Assembly (NCBI GenBank): GCA_965116795.1
Contig: OZ220716.1
Coordinates: 1,098,503-1,162,502, forward strand
DNA: 64,000 bases
Direction of reading: 5' to 3'
DNA from: Gammaproteobacteria bacterium
Lineage (GTDB): Bacteria; Pseudomonadota; Gammaproteobacteria; JAJFKG01
Shown: one piece after another, positions 58,941-64,000 of the stretch
How the letters are laid out: every line of letters starts with the position of its first letter
Numbering within the stretch: position 1 is the first letter of the stretch
Position numbers and translations under genes: made by a program
The notes under the pieces: generated by a model
What the model was told of the DNA's origin: nothing
Seen by the model: the letters and a program-made list of their open reading frames with translations, nothing else
The model's database searches: none

Positions 58941-61712
58941 GATGATGCGTATATTTGTGGCGGCGGAGGCTACTGTCCCTCTACTTCAGTCACAGGGGAT
59001 GTTTTAGCCCTTGGTCTATTGCGGTCGGAGTCGGTCTCTGTGCTTGTGCAGGGGGCGCTAAAAAACTATAGAGAGAACCGTGAAAACGGGGCCGAGCAAG
59101 ACAATCCAAAAAGACCTTTTCCAAGCGCCGAATTCTACGCATTAAATATCAAAAAGAGTAGCTTGCAAAGCTACAGCAAATGGCCCGATAAACAAGGCCG
59201 CCGCTGGTGGAAACTCACCTTGGACGATGGCGGAAAAAACAAGGATTTTTATTGGGCAAAGGATGACGTCCGCGGTTATCCTGACAAAAATGATAAAGAC
59301 CGCTACTGGTTCATTGTGCATTATGCCCCCACTGGTACCAAAATGGAAGGTTTTGCCCTAGAGCCTGACCGAGCAAAAGGCTTTCCTGATACTAAGAAAA
59401 GATACTGGCACCGTGTTGTCTTCACCGATACCGAGAACCCAGCTATTCGGGCGTGGATGGCAGAAAAAGATTTAAATTACCTCGACCGTATTCAAAAAGA
59501 AAATCCTGCGCTGTACAATCAAGAAATTGCCGACCTCAAACGTCAAAATGACCCTAACAGCATACTCCCGCAACATGAAGCCAGGCAACGTGAACGTGGC
59601 GTTGTTATCGGTGGTGAACCCAAAAAACAGGCTGTCAGCGTAGCATCTAAAAAAGAAGGGAAAGAAAAAAAAGAAAAACGCAAGAAGAAGGAAGAGTCCG
59701 TCAAGAAAAAATCCAGTCGACGTCGCCATCTTGAAACAGAATCTGCGTTACCCGATGTGCCCAAGGGCAAAGTTAAGGTGATCCATGCTTACCTATCCCC
59801 TCCCGACTCTGACCATTTGTCTTTGTCTGTAGGAAACGTATTGGACTTACGCAATGATGAAGGCAATTGGTGGCAATGTTGTAATGAGCGTGGTGAGGTT
59901 GGATTAGTGCCCAGCAACCATGTGGTAAAAGTGAGTGAAGTAGTCTCCCCGATGGCTACGTTACCGCTCGCGCCAGTTGTGGCAGGTGAGTCACCATTCC
60001 CGCCCCCGGTGAATCGACTGCAGCTGGCGCAACAAGCGGCGGCGAAGTTACAGGTTAGCAGTCCTTCTTGGAGTGACTCAGGCTCAGCTTCGCCGTCTCC
60101 ATTGCACAGTGGTCCGGAAGAGGAGACGCCGCCGCGCAAAGGTAGCACGATAGGGGTGTTAGACAATCGTGGCACTGGCCAGGTGGATATGCTGTTGAAT
60201 CATGCTGATTTAATCTTTGGCAAGAGATTAGGGGAAGGTGGCTTTGGTGAAGTCTGTCGTGGGGATTGGTTAGGGACGGATGTGGCGATTAAGAAGTTAT
60301 TGCAACGTAAGTTAACCGCGAAGTTAGAGCAAGAATTTCGTCATGAGGCAGGGGTGATGGTGCAATTGCGTCATCCGAATGTATTAACCCTGTATGGGAT
60401 TGTGTTAGTGCCTGAGGCGTGCATGGTATTAGAGTTCATGGCGAAAGGGTCGCTGTATGATGTGTTGCACAGTCAAACGCCGATGAGTTGGCAGATGCGT
60501 TATCAGATAGGGTTAGATGCAGCCAAGGGGTTAGTGTACTTACATGGCAAGCATATATTACATCGAGATTTGAAGAGTTTGAATGTGCTGCTAGATAAAG
60601 ATTATCAAGCGAAGCTAGCGGACTTTGGGTTATCTAAGATAAAGGTATCTTCGAGTCAAACGCATAACGCGGGGATAGCAGGGACGACGCAGTGGATAGC
60701 GCCGGAGTTATTCTCTGAGGACAAGCCACGGTATACACCGGCCTGTGATGTCTACAGTTATGCGATGGTGTTGTGGGAGCTCATGAGTCGACAAGTGCCG
60801 TTTCATGAGATAGGGAATCGCTCCCTGATACCAGTGCGGGTGATGCAGGGTAAACGTGAAGCCATCCCACCCAATTCACCGGAGAGTTTGAAGGTGTTGT
60901 TGGTAGGCTGTTGGGCACAGCAGCCAGAGGGTAGACCTAAGATGAAAGCGGTGGTCAGTGAGTTAAAAGCTCATCCGGTAACGGATAACACGCCGATACC
61001 TTCTCCGCATAGTCACACGGTATCGTCTGCCAGCAGCAGTTCATCGATGTGGTATGACGACAGCATGGAGCAAAGCAGTGATGTGGCGCGGAGTAAGACG
61101 CCGGGTCAAGTATCGCCCGGTGTGTCACCACCGCCGGTGAGCACGGGTTGGTTTGACAGTGCAACACCCGCCCCCATGCTGTCACCATCAGTGACACCCA
61201 AAACCGGTCAACCTAAACGCGAGCAAACGCACGATAGTGGCTGGTGGATGCAAAGTGGAACGGGCTCAGCAGAAGGTCAGCGTGGAGGCGCGAGTCGAGG
61301 GGGGCAAGTTGATAGTGGCTATGTTGGGATATCGGTATCCTCTTCCTCAGGCAGTAACTTGGCGATACCAGAGAGTCGTTCCTCTATGACGATGTTTAAG
61401 TCATCAGAACCACGCGGTGGTGTATCCTCAGCTTCGGCATCGGGATCGGCACCACAGCTAGGTGATGATAAAGTTGTGTATAAAGCGGTGGCAAAGGGTG
61501 ATTATAAAGCACGTGATGCGAGACAATTATCGTTTATGAAGGGGGATAAGCTCACGGTGATTGAGAAACAGCCCTCTGGGTGGTGGGTATGCGAACTAAA
61601 TGGGAAACAAGGATTAACGCCGGGGAGTTGGTTGCAGATGGTAGAGCCAGAAGCACCCCAACAACAGGCTAGCGGTGAGTCTTCGTCTAGCATGAGCAGT
61701 GGGTATGTGTAG
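58926..61712 (+). CDS. Eukaryote-like kinase: unknown N-domain, polybasic segment, SH3, TKL kinase, SH3
   Basis: Paralog of 55584 and 757; GEGGFG, VAIK, HRDLKSLN, DFG, WIAPE; C-terminus SSGYV. Confidence 0.93.
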   Translation: MKTQNDDAYICGGGGYCPSTSVTGDVLALGLLRSESVSVLVQGALKNYRENRENGAEQDNPKRPFPSAEFYALNIKKSSLQSYSKWPDKQGRRWWKLTLDDGGKNKDFYWAKDDVRGYPDKNDKDRYWFIVHYAPTGTKMEGFALEPDRAKGFPDTKKRYWHRVVFTDTENPAIRAWMAEKDLNYLDRIQKENPALYNQEIADLKRQNDPNSILPQHEARQRERGVVIGGEPKKQAVSVASKKEGKEKKEKRKKKEESVKKKSSRRRHLETESALPDVPKGKVKVIHAYLSPPDSDHLSLSVGNVLDLRNDEGNWWQCCNERGEVGLVPSNHVVKVSEVVSPMATLPLAPVVAGESPFPPPVNRLQLAQQAAAKLQVSSPSWSDSGSASPSPLHSGPEEETPPRKGSTIGVLDNRGTGQVDMLLNHADLIFGKRLGEGGFGEVCRGDWLGTDVAIKKLLQRKLTAKLEQEFRHEAGVMVQLRHPNVLTLYGIVLVPEACMVLEFMAKGSLYDVLHSQTPMSWQMRYQIGLDAAKGLVYLHGKHILHRDLKSLNVLLDKDYQAKLADFGLSKIKVSSSQTHNAGIAGTTQWIAPELFSEDKPRYTPACDVYSYAMVLWELMSRQVPFHEIGNRSLIPVRVMQGKREAIPPNSPESLKVLLVGCWAQQPEGRPKMKAVVSELKAHPVTDNTPIPSPHSHTVSSASSSSSMWYDDSMEQSSDVARSKTPGQVSPGVSPPPVSTGWFDSATPAPMLSPSVTPKTGQPKREQTHDSGWWMQSGTGSAEGQRGGASRGGQVDSGYVGISVSSSSGSNLAIPESRSSMTMFKSSEPRGGVSSASASGSAPQLGDDKVVYKAVAKGDYKARDARQLSFMKGDKLTVIEKQPSGWWVCELNGKQGLTPGSWLQMVEPEAPQQQASGESSSSMSSGYV

Positions 61713-61820
61713 GAAAGTGGGGTCGTGGCGCTTATTGTCAGTCAACCTTTCAGGTTGTATTGATTGAGGGTGATTGTTAGTGAATAACGTGTTGGTATAG
61801 TCAGGAATAATAGGAGAGAT

Positions 61821-63752
61821 GTGATGGACCCAGTGAGTAGTGCTAAAACGATTATGATAGTGACAAAAGCGATTTACGACCATGCGAAGTTGGTGCAATG
61901 CAATAAAGCGCAATGTAAGCGTTTGGCACAGCGGGTAGACATGATTACGACCTCGGTGGAAGAGTTGCTGAAAGAGGCGTCAAAAAGAGGCCCGGGTGCA
62001 CAGGACATGTATGCAGTGGCGTTAGCGGCGTTTAAGGTCACGTTGGATGATGCCTTGAAGTTAGTGCAGAGTTTTGGTGGCAAAGGCTGGGCGCACCGTG
62101 TGGTGCGTGCACATTCACATCAAGGTAAGTTTCAAGGGCTTTACCGCCGTTTAGAAGAAGACATCACCCAGTTGAACTTAGGGTTGAATATTAAGCAAGT
62201 GTTAGACCATAAAGACGATGTGGCTGACCAGCAGCAAGACTATCAAGCCTTGTTAGCGCGGCAAGATGAAATCCTCAAAGGCAATCAAGAAGCCAATGCG
62301 GCATTGCAGCGGTTAGAGTTGGATGATGCCAAACGCCATGATGTCTTAGCTAAGCAGTTAGAATCGATGCAATTGGCATTGGCACAGTTAAACCCTTTGA
62401 GCCAAAAAAGTAAGAAAGCGGATATCAGTCCTAAGTTGTTGGTACCGTTTTTTGAGTTAGCGATAGATGAGGTGTTAGCCGAAGGCAGTTTTGGCAAAGT
62501 GTACTTAGGGCGTTATCGAGAGCAGCAGGTCGCCATCAAGTTATTAGAGCGCGAGTTAACAGTTGATGAGCGCAAAGAGTTTATCCGTGAAGTGCGGATT
62601 ATGAAAGACTTGCGCAGTGATTACATTGTGCCGTTGTATGCAGTGTGTGATGAGCCCGGTAGAGCGTGTGTGGTGATGAAGCACATGGCCAAGGGGTCAT
62701 TGCGCTCGGTGTTAGATGGAAAAGCCATGCTGACAGCCAGTCAACGTCATCAATTGGTATTGGATGTGGTGTTAGGGTTGATGTACTTACACAGTGAAGG
62801 AATATGGCATCGGGATTTGAAGAGTGCCAACGTGTTAATCGACAGTGAGGGACGCGCCCGGTTAAGTGACTTTGGATTATCGAAGAGCGCGAGCAGTCAA
62901 GTCACCACATTGGACAAACACAGTGATGCCCTAGAGTGGATGGCACCGGAGATTGTGTTGAGTGGTGGAGATAAGCAAGCCTTTACCGCCGAAGCGGATA
63001 TTTACAGTTTAGGGATGGTGTTGTGGGAAATCATGACAGGTCAAACACCGTATGCGGGATGTGATGATGGGCAAGTTTACTTGAAGATGAAGCAAGGTGG
63101 GCGCGAAGTGATACCAGAGAGCGTGCCGGAGGTGTATCGCGAGTTAATCAAAGCCTGTTGGCAAGAAGAGAAGTTCAAGCGGCCAAGCTTAATTGATGTT
63201 GTGCAACGTTTACGGGCGTATGAGCCGCCCAGTATAGTCAAGGTTGAAGAGTCTGTCCCTGTCGCGAGCAATCAAGCGGGGTTTTTCTCAGTGCCGCAAT
63301 CAAGCAGCAGTAGTAGTGCACAAGCCGATATGATAATGGTTCCCCTATTGCCGGAAGCCGTAGTCGAAAACGTATATGCGGCCGCGATGACCTGTGAACA
63401 GGCGAAACAATATGCACAAGCGGCGAGCTGTTATCAGCAAGCGATACAGCATGGGCATGTGAAAGCGAAAACGGGGTTAGCGATGTTGCATTTGCAAAAG
63501 CGGGTTGAACAACCGGATAAGGTAAAAGCCCATCAATTGTTATTGGAAGCGGCCGAAGCCGGACACGGACGGGCGATGCAAAATGTCGCCAGGCAGTTTG
63601 AAAAAGGTGACGGGGTTGAAGCCAATCCAGAGCGGGCGTGTTATTGGTATGGCAGAGGGGCTGAGGTGACCGGTGATAAACGGGCATTAGAGAAGTATCA
63701 AACCTTGACGATGTCACTGTCAGGCTCAAGTGGGGCGTTGGCGATGTCGTGA
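61821..63752 (+). CDS. MLKL-like four-helix bundle + kinase + Sel1-like repeats (paralog of 4275)
   Basis: IYDHAKLVQCNKAQCKRLAQRV; HRDLKSAN, DFG, WMAPE; Sel1 repeats; C-terminus LAMS. Confidence 0.88.
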   Translation: MMDPVSSAKTIMIVTKAIYDHAKLVQCNKAQCKRLAQRVDMITTSVEELLKEASKRGPGAQDMYAVALAAFKVTLDDALKLVQSFGGKGWAHRVVRAHSHQGKFQGLYRRLEEDITQLNLGLNIKQVLDHKDDVADQQQDYQALLARQDEILKGNQEANAALQRLELDDAKRHDVLAKQLESMQLALAQLNPLSQKSKKADISPKLLVPFFELAIDEVLAEGSFGKVYLGRYREQQVAIKLLERELTVDERKEFIREVRIMKDLRSDYIVPLYAVCDEPGRACVVMKHMAKGSLRSVLDGKAMLTASQRHQLVLDVVLGLMYLHSEGIWHRDLKSANVLIDSEGRARLSDFGLSKSASSQVTTLDKHSDALEWMAPEIVLSGGDKQAFTAEADIYSLGMVLWEIMTGQTPYAGCDDGQVYLKMKQGGREVIPESVPEVYRELIKACWQEEKFKRPSLIDVVQRLRAYEPPSIVKVEESVPVASNQAGFFSVPQSSSSSSAQADMIMVPLLPEAVVENVYAAAMTCEQAKQYAQAASCYQQAIQHGHVKAKTGLAMLHLQKRVEQPDKVKAHQLLLEAAEAGHGRAMQNVARQFEKGDGVEANPERACYWYGRGAEVTGDKRALEKYQTLTMSLSGSSGALAMS

Positions 63753-63904
63753 AACCAAGACAGACAAGCTGATTATGAATTGCGCGAATCAAGCTATTTT
63801 ATCGGGCGGCGTTAGGAATTTGGATCCAAGCCGCGTCACCGGCAAAATACGCTTCACGGTGCCCTATGTTTGAGATTTAGCGAGCGATTCTCTGTGGGTA
63901 AATA

Positions 63905-63933
63905 TTGACAAATGTACGCCATTGGCGTACCAT
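63905..63933 (+). promoter_or_regulatory. Sigma70 promoter with overlapping palindromic operator
   Basis: TTGACA-17-TACCAT; gtacgcca-t-tggcgtac at 63914-63930. Confidence 0.7.
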
Positions 63934-63939
63934 GTACTT

Positions 63940-64000
63940 ATGGTAATAAAAGAAACACATATTTTTACCCGGATCATTCAAAAGCTTATGACGGATGGTG
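63940..64000 (+). CDS. Probable RelE/HigB-like toxin, 5' fragment (leaderless)
   Basis: MVIKETHIFTRIIQKLMTDG resembles HigB2-type starts; autoregulated-type promoter directly upstream. Only 20 codons visible. Confidence 0.55.
   Translation, partial: MVIKETHIFTRIIQKLMTDG

Noticed and set aside
747-63792. Numerous short antisense or overlapping ORFs in the track
   Set aside because: Shadows of well-supported genes, introns or IS elements.

Overview
Bacterial DNA (SD-led, intron-free ORFs), probably from a eukaryote-associated bacterium; the host cannot be named from sequence. The centre (~10-55 kb) is a lambda/WO-like siphovirus prophage. It has a leftward replication and serine-recombinase module, a lambda-like cos region, head and tail genes, holin and lysozyme. 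It is interrupted by an RT-encoding group II intron and two IS110/IS1111 elements whose RNA guide segments visibly match their insertion sites. The window opens with the 3' end of another, near-identical lysozyme, suggesting tandem prophages. Directly after both lysozymes sits the same eukaryote-like cassette. It pairs an SH3/TKL-type kinase with a swappable N-terminal domain (hypervariable WD40 propeller or an unrecognised aromatic-repeat domain) with a protein made of an MLKL-like four-helix bundle, a kinase and Sel1 repeats. This necroptosis-like pair is the best candidate for an undescribed system. All family calls are from motif recognition by eye; no searches were run.
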